In this document: piece after piece, positions 9,534 to 19,300 of the stretch
How positions within the stretch are numbered: the first letter of the stretch is position 1
How the letters are laid out: each line of letters starts with the position of its first letter
NCBI GenBank assembly: GCA_963709905.1
Contig: CAVPYI010000018.1
Coordinates: 223,300-287,299, forward strand
From: an uncultured Gemmatimonadales bacterium
GTDB lineage: Bacteria > Gemmatimonadota > Gemmatimonadetes > Gemmatimonadales > GWC2-71-9
Direction of reading: 5' to 3'
Length of the DNA stretch: 64,000 bases
Translations under genes and position numbers: made by a program
The notes under the pieces: generated by a model
The model's database searches: none
What the model was told of the DNA's origin: nothing
The model's input: the letters and a program-made list of their open reading frames with translations, nothing else

Positions 9534-10283
9534 ATGACTGAACAGGTGGTGGTGATCACCGGCGCCAGCTCCGGCATTGGCGCGGCACTGGCCCGGCTGC
9601 TGGCGCAGCGGGGCAACGCCCGGCTGGTCCTGGTGGCCCGGCGGAGCGCTGCCCTCGACGAGGTAGCGCGCGACTGCAGCGGCCGGGCGCTGGCCGTGGT
9701 GGCCGACGCCACCAGTCGCGAGGATGTCCGGCGGGTCGTCAAGGAGGCGCTGGCTCGTTTCGGCCAGATCGACGTCTGGGTCAACAACGTCGGCCAGGGC
9801 ATCACCCGCACGCCAAGCGAGCTGACCGACCGGGACATCGACGACATGGTCCGGGTCAACGTGAACTCGGCGCTGTACGGAATGCAGGAGGTGTTGCCCC
9901 ACTTCAAGTCCCGCAACACCGGCCAGGTGATCAATGTGTCTTCGTTGCTGGGACGGGTTCCCTACGCCGTGTTCCGGTCCGCCTACAGTGGCGCCAAGCA
10001 CTTTCTCAACGCCCTGACGGCCAACTTCCGGATGGAGGTGCAGGCCACCCATCCGGGGATCCAGTTTTCGCTGGTCTCTCCCGGTCCGGTACGGACCGAC
10101 TTCGGTCGCAACGCGGTGCATGGGGGGCCGGACTCGCAAACGCTCCCGGATGCCCAGAGCGCCGAGGAGGTGGCGGCGGTCATCGCGGAGGTGATCGAGT
10201 CGCGCCGACCCGATGTCTACACTCGCGGAGGCACCCAGGCCCGGATCGCGTCCTACTACGATTCGCTCGGCGCGGATCCCTGA
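9534..10283 (+). CDS. Short-chain dehydrogenase/reductase (SDR)
   Basis: TGASSGIG cofactor motif, NNVG and the catalytic YSGAK (YxxxK). Start taken at the internal Met (MTEQVVVITGASSGIG). Confidence 0.9.
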   Translation: MTEQVVVITGASSGIGAALARLLAQRGNARLVLVARRSAALDEVARDCSGRALAVVADATSREDVRRVVKEALARFGQIDVWVNNVGQGITRTPSELTDRDIDDMVRVNVNSALYGMQEVLPHFKSRNTGQVINVSSLLGRVPYAVFRSAYSGAKHFLNALTANFRMEVQATHPGIQFSLVSPGPVRTDFGRNAVHGGPDSQTLPDAQSAEEVAAVIAEVIESRRPDVYTRGGTQARIASYYDSLGADP

Positions 10284-10294
10284 CACCGCCGCCC

Positions 10295-11500
10295 ATGAAG
10301 CGATCAGCCACTCGAGCAACCAGGAGTCGGCGTCCGACCGGTCGCGCCGGGCGGGCCACGGCGGCGTCCGCCCGAGCTTCGGAGCGCCTCGCCCTTCCCA
10401 CCCTGTACAGCAACGAGACCGGCCGGGAGTACCGGCTGGACCGCCTGATCGGCAAGGGCGGCTTCGGCGAGATCTACCTGGCCACCCCGACCACCGCCGG
10501 CCCGCTGCCGCAGCGGGTCTGCGTGAAGATCAGCTATTCGATCGCGGGCTGGGTCCGCGAAGCCTATTTCGCCCAGCTGCTGGACCGACAGGCGCGCGCG
10601 CTCAGGGTCTTCGATCGTTTCGTCGAGCCCGACGGCAGCCGCACCCGCTACTGCCTGGTGATGGAGTACGCGACTCACGGAGACCTCGGTGCCTGGCTCG
10701 CAGCCAAGGGGCCGCAGCCGGAGAGGTTCGTGCGCCGGGAGATCGCCGCCATCCTCGAGACCCTGGACATCCTGCACCGGGGCCAGGCGCTGCATCGCGA
10801 CCTGACCCCATTCAACGTGTTCGTCTGCGAGGGTGAATGCCTGAAACTGGGCGATTTCGGCATCGCCACCCACCAGGCCAGCCGTCACGGGGTGACGGCC
10901 GATGCCTTCAACCTGCTGGGTGCCCCGACCGAGATCGCCTGGGGGAGAGTGCGGAAATGGCAGCAGCGTGACGACATCTATCAGGTCGGGCAGCTGATCT
11001 CGATGCTGCTGCGTGGCGATGTCCACAGCCCGATGCGAAGCCGCGACGTCCGCAAGCTGCCCTGCAGCGACCACCTCAAGGAGGTGATCCACCGCTGCCT
11101 CGGCGCACGGGAGAAGCGCTACCAGGCGGCCGGCGAGCTGATCGCCGCGCTGCGAAGCCCTCCCCGGCACCTGACGACCGGCCGGGTGCAGAGTCTCCGG
11201 GGACGGCGAGTGTCGTTCACGGGATTCCTGAGCCGACCGAGACGGGAGGCGATTGCCGCCGCCAGACGCTCGGGCGCCATCTTCCAGGCCAGCCCCGGAC
11301 CATCCACCGACATTCTGGTGCGGGGTCGACCCAACGCGCAGCAGGTGGCCGGCCAGTGCGGTGGGCTCAAGCTGATGGAGATCAGGCGCCTGGCGGCCAA
11401 GGGCCACCGGGTCACCATCATCGGAGAAGCGCAGTTCTGGAAACTCGCGGCACGCACCAGCGCCACCCCGCGCACCGCCAGGGCAAAGACGATCAGGTGA
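10295..11500 (+). CDS. Hanks-type Ser/Thr protein kinase with a C-terminal BRCT domain
   Basis: G-loop IGKGGFGEIYLA, catalytic loop HRDLTPFNVF and DFGIA. The C-terminal ~90 aa (GRRVSFTGFLSRPRREAIAAARRSGAIF...TDILVRG...VTIIGEAQFWKL) follows the BRCT pattern seen in LigA. Confidence 0.85.
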   Translation: MKRSATRATRSRRPTGRAGRATAASARASERLALPTLYSNETGREYRLDRLIGKGGFGEIYLATPTTAGPLPQRVCVKISYSIAGWVREAYFAQLLDRQARALRVFDRFVEPDGSRTRYCLVMEYATHGDLGAWLAAKGPQPERFVRREIAAILETLDILHRGQALHRDLTPFNVFVCEGECLKLGDFGIATHQASRHGVTADAFNLLGAPTEIAWGRVRKWQQRDDIYQVGQLISMLLRGDVHSPMRSRDVRKLPCSDHLKEVIHRCLGAREKRYQAAGELIAALRSPPRHLTTGRVQSLRGRRVSFTGFLSRPRREAIAAARRSGAIFQASPGPSTDILVRGRPNAQQVAGQCGGLKLMEIRRLAAKGHRVTIIGEAQFWKLAARTSATPRTARAKTIR

Positions 11501-11780
11501 GCCAGTAGACGGCGGCAATCGCCGCCAGCGCCGCGCCGGCCTGCAGTGCGAGGACCCGGAGCGACTGTCCCCGATGGGTGGGCAGCCACTTCACCGCGAA
11601 GAACGCCACCAGCGGGACCTGGCCGGCCATGAGGAGCTGGAAGATGTGAGCCGCGGTTCCCTCATCGGCCTGGTGGACGACGCCGAATATCGCCGCGTGA
11701 CCCAGCACCAGTGCCAGAGCCGTGAGGGACATGGCCAAGGGCAGCCAACCGCTCGGCTGCCGCACGAGTGAGACGTTCAT
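11493..11780 (-). CDS. Small hydrophobic membrane protein (about 95 aa)
   Basis: From the internal Met (MNVSLVRQPSGWLPLAMSLTALALVLGHAAIF...) there are three TM-like segments. Its 3' end overlaps the convergent kinase gene by 8 nt. Confidence 0.5.
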   Translation of the reverse strand: MNVSLVRQPSGWLPLAMSLTALALVLGHAAIFGVVHQADEGTAAHIFQLLMAGQVPLVAFFAVKWLPTHRGQSLRVLALQAGAALAAIAAVYWLT

Positions 11781-11857
11781 CCGAACCTCCGCAGCGAATC
11801 CGGGACCGCCCCGGAAGCACCTTACATGGTCAGGCTGGATCGATGGTCCGTCAAGAG

Positions 11858-11881
11858 CGGCGCAGGCCGGGCGCCGTTTTT
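11858..11881 (+). terminator. Intrinsic-terminator-like hairpin with a T5 tract (orphan)
   Basis: cggcgc-aggccgg-gcgccg followed by ttttt. T5 runs are rare in this window. No + strand CDS ends nearby. Confidence 0.3.
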
Positions 11882-12103
11882 CGAGGCGCATCCTGACCTC
11901 CGTGCGGACGGGGATAGGGAGATAGATAAATGGATATATAGAAAGACCTCGGGTCGGAGCCCGGGGTCACCAGGAGGCCGGGCGAGGTTGCTGGCGCGAT
12001 CGCCGATACCTGCCCTAGCGCACGCCGGCTCCGGCGGAGAGCTTATCGGCGTGTCCGCCCCTCGCCCAGGCCCGGGGCCGGATCCATTCCTCGGCACCAA
12101 GCC

Positions 12104-12619
12104 ATGTATCTGTCCTCGCTCGCCGCAATCTTCAGACGCGATCTCGGCGCCATCCGCCGGGAGATCGAGGCCTATCCCGACGAGGCCGCGATCTGGACGC
12201 CGGTCACCGGTCTCCCCAACTCCGGTGGTGTCCTGGTCAGGCATATCGCCGGGAACCTGCAGCATTTCGTGGGCGCGGTGCTGGGCAGGACCGGGTACCA
12301 GCGGGACCGGGAGGCCGAGTTCGGCGCTCCGCCGTGGCCGCGCTCCCGGCTGCTGGCCGAGGTCGCCGCCACCGAGGAGGTGGTGGCGGGGACGCTGGCG
12401 GCGCTCGTGCCCGAGGACCTGGTGGACCCGTACCCTGTCGTCATCGCCCAGGCGGAACTGGTGACCGGCGACTTTCTGTTGCACCTCGCGGTCCACTGCG
12501 GGTTTCATCTCGGACAGCTCGATTATCACCGACGAGTCGTTACCGGCGCTCCGGCCAGCATCGCCCCCATGGCGATCACGGCCCTGGCGACGGCGCGGAT
12601 GCAGTCCGCGGGATCCTGA
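12104..12619 (+). CDS. DinB-family (DUF1572-like) four-helix-bundle protein
   Basis: HIAGNLQHF... and HLAVHCGFHLGQLDY are the histidine motifs typical of the DinB superfamily. Confidence 0.8.
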   Translation: MYLSSLAAIFRRDLGAIRREIEAYPDEAAIWTPVTGLPNSGGVLVRHIAGNLQHFVGAVLGRTGYQRDREAEFGAPPWPRSRLLAEVAATEEVVAGTLAALVPEDLVDPYPVVIAQAELVTGDFLLHLAVHCGFHLGQLDYHRRVVTGAPASIAPMAITALATARMQSAGS

Positions 12620-12674
12620 GCCCGCGAGCTTGCCCGGTTGCACACCACTCTCCGCACAAGACCGAGGAGTCGTC

Positions 12675-13421
12675 ATGTCGCACCGTTCGGCCCCGGCGAG
12701 TCCCGCTCCCTCGACCTGCACCTGGATCATGTTCCAGGGATGGCGGAACCTGCTGTTCTACAGCTGGCCGGTGGCGCCGCCCACACTGGCGCGGCTGCTG
12801 CCGCCGGGGCTGACGGTGGACGAATACCAGGGCAGCGGCTGGGTGACGCTGGTCCCGTTCCTGATGAAGGGGCTGCATCTCCGCTGGCTCCCGCCGATCC
12901 CGGGAACGAGCACCTTCCCGGAAGTGAATCTGCGCGCCTATGTCCGGGCCGGGGGTGAGCCGGGAGTGTACTTCTTCAGCATCGACGCCGCCTCGTGGCT
13001 CGGCGCCCTGGCCGCGCGACTGGTGTTCCACCTGCCTTACTCTCGCGCCCGCATCCAGCTGCAGGACGAGGGCGGCGGGTTCCGGATCGCGAGCAGCCGG
13101 CGGCTGCACGGCGGGTCGCCTCCCGCCGACCTGGTCGCCGCGTGGCGGCCGCGCGGGGAGTTGCGTCATCCGGCCCCGGGCTCGCTGGAGCATTTCCTGC
13201 TCGAGCGCTACGCCTCGTTCGCTCCCGGGCCGCCCGGCTACCTCTACCGCGGTCCGATTCGGCACTCCGACTGGCGGGTCCAGGATGCCGACGCCGAGAT
13301 GTCGGTGAGCACGGTGGTCACCGCGGCCGGCCTGGCGCCGCCCCGGGACGCGGTGTGCCACTATTCCCCCGGCGTGGATACCAACGTCTGCCCCATCCAG
13401 CGGATCCCAGTGACCGGGTGA
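12675..13421 (+). CDS. DUF2071 (YqjF-like) family protein, paralogue 1
   Basis: W..LLF.SWPV.P..L..LLP.GL..D...G.AWV.LVPF.M signature (WRNLLFYSWPVAPPTLARLLPPGLTVDEYQGSGWVTLVPFLM). Confidence 0.8.
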   Translation: MSHRSAPASPAPSTCTWIMFQGWRNLLFYSWPVAPPTLARLLPPGLTVDEYQGSGWVTLVPFLMKGLHLRWLPPIPGTSTFPEVNLRAYVRAGGEPGVYFFSIDAASWLGALAARLVFHLPYSRARIQLQDEGGGFRIASSRRLHGGSPPADLVAAWRPRGELRHPAPGSLEHFLLERYASFAPGPPGYLYRGPIRHSDWRVQDADAEMSVSTVVTAAGLAPPRDAVCHYSPGVDTNVCPIQRIPVTG

Positions 13422-13427
13422 CGGAGC

Positions 13428-14168
13428 ATGTCACTCTGCGGTCGTCTGCCCTGGCTGGTGGCTCAGACCGAAGCCGAGCTCCTGTTTCTGAGCTGGCCGG
13501 TGGCGCCCGGAGCGCTGGCCGGCCGGATCCCGGCGCCGCTCACGCTCGAGACCTTCGAACAGCGGGCGTGGATCACGCTGATACCGTTCCGGATGGAGCG
13601 GCTGCGCCCGCGCGGCCTGCCGCCGATGCCGCTGGTGTCGCGCTTCGCCGAGGTGGATTGCCTGACCTATGTGAGGCACGGAGAGGAACGCGGGATCTGG
13701 TTCTTCCGGATCGACGCCGGCACCGGGGTGGGATCGGCGATGGCGCGGACGTTCTTCGGTCTGCCGTATCACCGTTCCTCGGTCTCGCTGGAACGCGAGG
13801 GCGAGGAACGGATCTTCCAAAGCGAAGGAAGGCCCGACGCCACCGGACAGCGGCCGGAGCTGCGGCTCCGCTACCGCAGCCGCGGCCCGGCGCATGAGGC
13901 GGAGCCCGGGACGCTGGCGCATTTCATCGTCGAACGATTCGTGATGTATTCCCGGACCAGTTGGGGCACGCTGCTCCAGGGGCGGGAATCGCGGGCCCCG
14001 CGGCGGATTCAGGAGTGCGACGTGACGGTGGCCCGGAACACCCTGCCGCAGGCGGCCGGGATCCCCGGGCCCGCCGGCGGGCAGGTCGCCTGGAGCTGCG
14101 ACCGCTCCGAGATCCGGACCTGGCTGCCGGCGCCGATCACCGGGACGCTCACCACTCCAGCCCGATGA
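13428..14168 (+). CDS. DUF2071 (YqjF-like) family protein, paralogue 2
   Basis: Same signature (ELLFLSWPVAPGALAGRIPAPLTLETFEQRAWITLIPFRM). Lies 6 nt after paralogue 1. Confidence 0.8.
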   Translation: MSLCGRLPWLVAQTEAELLFLSWPVAPGALAGRIPAPLTLETFEQRAWITLIPFRMERLRPRGLPPMPLVSRFAEVDCLTYVRHGEERGIWFFRIDAGTGVGSAMARTFFGLPYHRSSVSLEREGEERIFQSEGRPDATGQRPELRLRYRSRGPAHEAEPGTLAHFIVERFVMYSRTSWGTLLQGRESRAPRRIQECDVTVARNTLPQAAGIPGPAGGQVAWSCDRSEIRTWLPAPITGTLTTPAR

Positions 14169-16362
14169 TGTCGCTCCGTTTGGGGTAGCCGGAGAGGGCG
14201 CTCCCGGCCAGCAGCCCCGACATGGTGGCCGCCTCGATGCAGCCCATGTTGAGTCCGCAGTCGGTCCAATCCCCCGACAGGTACATGTTGGTGAACTCGC
14301 GGTCGTCGTGCGCCGGCAGGCGGTACTTGTCGCTCCCCGGCACCGAGAGCACGTAGCGCTCGGTGGGTTCGACGTTGGCCCGGAAGTACTGGGCCCCGAG
14401 CCGCTCGGGACCGAGCGCGCCGATGCCGCGCTGGTCGACCAGCCACTCCCACCTGAAGGTGCCCGGCGCCGGATTGGCCTCCGGGAAGTACGCCCCGACC
14501 CGCTGCAGCAGAAACTCCCGCACGATGCGCTCCACCTTGGCGTCTTCGGCGCCCTGGTCGGGGTACGGGGCCCTGGGTCCGCAGTCGGTCATGGGGAGCA
14601 GGGGATCGTCGGCCATCACGCCGCAGTAATAGGCGGCGTTCATCGGATACTGCTCCCGCCCCGGCCGGCTCCCGGCCTGCCAGCTTTCGCAGGGGACGAG
14701 GTGCGACATGTCGGCCCAGGTGTCGAGCGGGCCGGTGTCGAAGCCGGAGACCACCGGCTGCTGCATCAGGGTCCAGCCGAGTTCGTAGGCCGTCCGGCGG
14801 TACCAGACCTGGCTGGCGAGGGTGCGCGCGGTCTTGATGTGGGTGACCATGTCGCGCCACTTGGCGCTCTTCTTCACCAGGTCGCAGGCGACGTATGGCA
14901 ACCCGCCGATCGAGATGGCCATTACCACCTGGTCGAAATCGCGGCCCAGTTCCAGGGTCAGAGAGCGGTCGCCCGGCCACGAGGCGCCGTAGGATTCGAG
15001 GTTGATGCCGGTGGCGCGGAGGGCTTCGCCGTCGACCAATTGACGGTAGATCGGCCGGTCGGGCCAGCAGGCCAGTCCCTTCACCTCGATGAGCGGCTGA
15101 TAGCCGCCGATCTCCCGCACCCGCGGCACCAGGTCGGCCTGGCGGGTGAGTTCGATCCGGTCGATGGTCTTGCCGTCGGCGCTGGCGTACACCTGGTCCA
15201 CCCGATGGAAGAAGGCGAACCGCACCCCGCGCCGGCGCAACACCTCGTACATCGGGCCGAACACGGTGTCGCCCATCCCGGCCTGCATCTTCCAGATTCC
15301 CGCGCCGCGATAGGTGAGCGCCTGGCGCAGGCAGCACTTGAGGGTTTCCCCCGCCTCCATCTTCGCATGGGGCGGCCACGCCGCACCGGGCGGGGTGCTG
15401 TTGTCGCCGTTCTCGTAGGCGAACATCCCGTCGTACAGACCGATCATGAATGCCGAGTTGAGCATCAGGCCGCCATCGTCGAGGGCGTGCTCGGCCATCC
15501 AGTCGCGAAAGTCCTGGCCATTGATTCCCTTGAACCCCCGGGAGAGCACCCGGTCGGCCACCATGCCGCCGAAGGAGGCGAGCATGAAGTTCAGCAGGAT
15601 CCAGCGCTCGCGCTGGAGCAGGTCGGTGGCGATGGCCTTCTTGTGCCGCGCCCAGTACCAGCGCAGCAGCAGCCGGTTGATGCCGACCAGCCCCTCCATG
15701 AAGAGATGGAACGGCAGCTCGAGGAAACCGAGGTGCCGGAGCAGGCTGGAGATGAACAGGACGAACCGGCCCTCGCGGACGCCTTCCCGGGTCTGGGCCC
15801 GGCGGCGCCGCGCACCGGGGAAGCGGACCTGTTCGTCGCCGGTGGGCGAGGGCTTCCGGTTCTGCCCCAGCCCGAGGAAGTTGCGGTAGAACATCTGAGC
15901 CGCGATCCGGATGTAGCTCCACAGCGGCAGCAGGCCACCGTAGCCCGGAGGCGAATCGTTGACCGGGAACGATCCGATCCAGTGGTACCACCGGCGTCCC
16001 AGCTGGATCTCGACGCCGGAGGCGCTGTGGGGGTGAAAGGCATCCATCCAGCCGGCCAGCGGCGCGTCGGGTGCCCGGCCCAGTTCCTCGTAGGCCTTGC
16101 GCATGAGTCCGAAGGCGTTGTCGTAGCAGCCGAACCAGATGTGGAGGCCGTGTTCCTGAATCCGGTTGTGGTACTCGGGGTCGAGGTTACGGCCGCTGGC
16201 GCCCTTCCCTCCCAGGCGCCAACCCATCTGATAGACCGTCACCTCGTACTCGTCGCGACGGGGATTGTCGGGGTCGGTGAGGGCGCAGGCGGTGGTCAGG
16301 CCCGCCATGCCTCCGCCCAGGATGGCCACTCGGGTCTTGGGACGCGGAGTCGGATCGGTCAT
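14149..16362 (-). CDS. Large FAD/NAD(P)-binding oxidoreductase (amine-oxidase/phytoene-desaturase-like, COG3349-type by recollection)
   Basis: Rossmann motif VAILGGGMAGLTTA at the N-terminus after the internal Met (MTDPTPRPKTR). The C-terminal LSGDWT...G.IEAA..SG is typical of flavin amine oxidases. The start overlaps the upstream stop (ATGA at 16359-16362). Confidence 0.85.
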   Translation of the reverse strand: MTDPTPRPKTRVAILGGGMAGLTTACALTDPDNPRRDEYEVTVYQMGWRLGGKGASGRNLDPEYHNRIQEHGLHIWFGCYDNAFGLMRKAYEELGRAPDAPLAGWMDAFHPHSASGVEIQLGRRWYHWIGSFPVNDSPPGYGGLLPLWSYIRIAAQMFYRNFLGLGQNRKPSPTGDEQVRFPGARRRRAQTREGVREGRFVLFISSLLRHLGFLELPFHLFMEGLVGINRLLLRWYWARHKKAIATDLLQRERWILLNFMLASFGGMVADRVLSRGFKGINGQDFRDWMAEHALDDGGLMLNSAFMIGLYDGMFAYENGDNSTPPGAAWPPHAKMEAGETLKCCLRQALTYRGAGIWKMQAGMGDTVFGPMYEVLRRRGVRFAFFHRVDQVYASADGKTIDRIELTRQADLVPRVREIGGYQPLIEVKGLACWPDRPIYRQLVDGEALRATGINLESYGASWPGDRSLTLELGRDFDQVVMAISIGGLPYVACDLVKKSAKWRDMVTHIKTARTLASQVWYRRTAYELGWTLMQQPVVSGFDTGPLDTWADMSHLVPCESWQAGSRPGREQYPMNAAYYCGVMADDPLLPMTDCGPRAPYPDQGAEDAKVERIVREFLLQRVGAYFPEANPAPGTFRWEWLVDQRGIGALGPERLGAQYFRANVEPTERYVLSVPGSDKYRLPAHDDREFTNMYLSGDWTDCGLNMGCIEAATMSGLLAGSALSGYPKRSDIIGLEW

Positions 16363-19300
16363 GGAATCCTCGGCAGACGGTCGAGGCGGCGAAGCCGTTC
16401 TTCGGCGCCCATTTCGGTGTAGAGGTCGCGGGCCCGGGCCAGGTGCCCGGTGCGTTCGGCCGGCACAGGATGGGCCCGGGCCAGGGCGAGGGCGGCCTCC
16501 GCCTCGTCCCAACGCTGGCCGTCGGCGGCGGCGCGCGCCAGCGACCGCCGCCAGAGCCGGAGCGCGGCGCGACCCCGGCCCCGCGCCGCGGCGATGGCAG
16601 CCGCCAACCGGTCCGCGGGGGGCGTGTACAGCGCGGCCATGAAGCGGCCGGTCCGGGCGAGCGGCGGCCGCACCGCGGCGGCGACTCGCAGCAACCGTTC
16701 CCATTCGGCGGGAGTCCCTGCCGCCACGGGAGTTTCGAGGCGCAGCACTGCCGCCTCGCCGGCCGCGACGTACCCCTCGGCGGCGATGACGCTGAGGCCG
16801 ACCTCCTGTGACAGGGTGGCAACTTCTTCGAGCAGCGGCAGCACGATCTCGGTGTCACCCTGGAGTACCCGCGCCAACCCGAGCACCCCGGTGGCATAGA
16901 TCCGTTCCGCCGGGAACGGCTCGCGGGTGGGGATCGCCCGGCTCTCGTCGACCGCGGCCACCGCCTCTTCCAGGCGGCCGAGCCGGAGCAGGACCAGGCC
17001 GAGCTGAGCCAGCCCCAGCATGGCCGACTGGGGCGAATCGCGGCGACGGGCGGATGCCACGACGCCTTCCATGAGTGCCAGGGCCTCGCGCAGATCTCCG
17101 CACGCCAGGGCCCGACCGGCGTTGGAGTAACACACTTCCTCCCAGCCGCGCGAATCGCCCAGCTCGAGATGGAGCTCGGCGGCGCGCTCGAACGTAGCCG
17201 GTGCCTGGTCGAGCCGCCGGGTCATCATGAAGATCATGCCCCGAATCTTCTCGAGGTTGGCCAGGGCGGGAAGGTTCCCGGCCGTCACGGCCACGGCGCG
17301 GGCCCGCTCATAGTACCGGGCGGCGACCCGGTGGAGACCGAGCACGTTGTCGAGCGTCGCCCCGACGTTGGTGTACGCCGTGGCAAGGTCGCCGGCCACC
17401 TCGGGCCCCCCGCCGGCGCGTTCCGCCAGATTGAGGGCGTGAAAGTTGGCGGTCACCGCACCCAGGATATTGCCGGTGGGGTAGAAGGTCCGGATCAGGG
17501 TGCCGAGCGTGCCGGCCATCTCGGTCCGCTCGATCGCTTCCCGGGGCGACGGCGCGGCCGCATCGGTGGAACGGATGCGATGGACACCCTGACGCAGCAT
17601 CGCGCCGCAAAGCATGCCTAACAGCCGTAACCGGCTCTGGGGCCACGGGTGACCCAAGGCCGCCAGCGCGTCCTCGAGCCGGGTCGACGCCACGGCGGTG
17701 TCGCCGAGCGAATTGGTGGCCTCACCCAGCCGGCGGAGGGCCCGGGCCCGACGGAGCGCCTGGGCGCCGGCCGAATCCGGGGGGAGCCCGTCGAGGCGAG
17801 CGAGGACTCGAGTGAAGAACGACGCCGCCTCGCGGTTGGCGTAGCTCCCGAGCGCCTGTTCCCCCGCCAGCTCGCCGTAACGCACCGCCTCCACCGCCGC
17901 CTCGGCCCGGTCCCAGTGATGGGCCAGCACCGGATAGAGCGGCGCCAGGTCGGCATCCTGGGTCTCATACCACTGGGCCACCGCCCGGTGGAGTTCCTGG
18001 CGGTGAGCAAAGAGCAGGGTGCCGTACACGGCATCGTGGGTGATGGCGTGCTTGAAGGTGTAGCTGGGCTCGGGCTCCGAGGCCTGCCGGATGATCTCGC
18101 TCCGGGCGAGTTCCTCCAGGGCGGCGGGAATGGCGGAGCGCTCCTCCTCAATCGGATACACCGCGTTGAGGAGGCGAGCAGGAAAGACCCGCCCGATGAC
18201 GCTGGCGACCTTGGCGGCCCGGCGCGACACCGGGCCCAGCCGGTCGAGCCGGCTGGTCACCAAACCTTCGAGAGTGTCGGGCAGGAGAGTCGCGGGATCG
18301 CCGGCGCTCTCGTCCCAATGGCAACGACCGGCTTCGACCCGGATCACCCCGCGTTCCACCAGCGCGTCCACCAGTTCTTCGACGTACAGCGGATTGCCCT
18401 CGGCCCGGCGCTCAATCAGCGCCGCGATCCGGGCCGGCAGCGCCGTCACGCCGAGGCGGCCGCAGGCGAGCGCCACCGCGGTAGCCGCGGGCAGCGCGTC
18501 CAGGTGGAGCGACACCGTGTCAGGCGCCCGGAGCAGCTCCTCCAGTGCGGGCGGGATCCCGGGGACGGCACGCTCGTCGACGGGCCGGGACACCACCATG
18601 ATCAGCAACGCCGGAGTCCGCCGGCGGACCACGGCGAGCAGCGCCCACGACGCCGAGTCGAACCAGTGCACATCCTCGAGCAGCAGGAGCGCGGGTCCGC
18701 CGGCGAGTACCTCCACCAGCCCGGCCAGCAGGTCGAGGGTGTTCTCGGCCCTCACCGCGGCATCCATCCGGGCGGTGACCGGCGTCTCGTCCACGCCGAG
18801 CGGCACGACGACGTTGAGCAGTGGGGCATGGCGTTCGAACGAAGGGCCGAGATCGCGGAGTCGGGCGAGCACCGCGTCCCGCAGCTTGGGGTCATCGGCC
18901 GAGCCGCGGTCGACGCCGAGCAGAGTGCCGAAGACCGACTGCCAGCCGTGGTAGGCGCGGTGGCGCTCGACCGGATCGCCCGCTCCGCGGAGCAGGCGAA
19001 GACCGGCCCGTTGGGCTCGGACCGCGACCTCGGCGGCCAGCCGGCTCTTGCCGATGCCGGCCGGCCCGTCGAGCACGATGCCGTGCCGGCCACCACTGGC
19101 GGTGGTGGCGAACAGCGGCTCCAGCCGGGCGAGTTCCGGCTCTCGCCCCACCAGCTCGGCCACCGGGCGATCGCCGTCGCCGGGCCCGTGTTCGGCCCGG
19201 CCGAGCAGAGTGGCGATAGGGACGGGATCGGATCGTCCCTTGATCGCGACCGGGGTCGGAGCCGAGAACCGATGCCGGCCGGCGGACCGGGCGATGCGCT

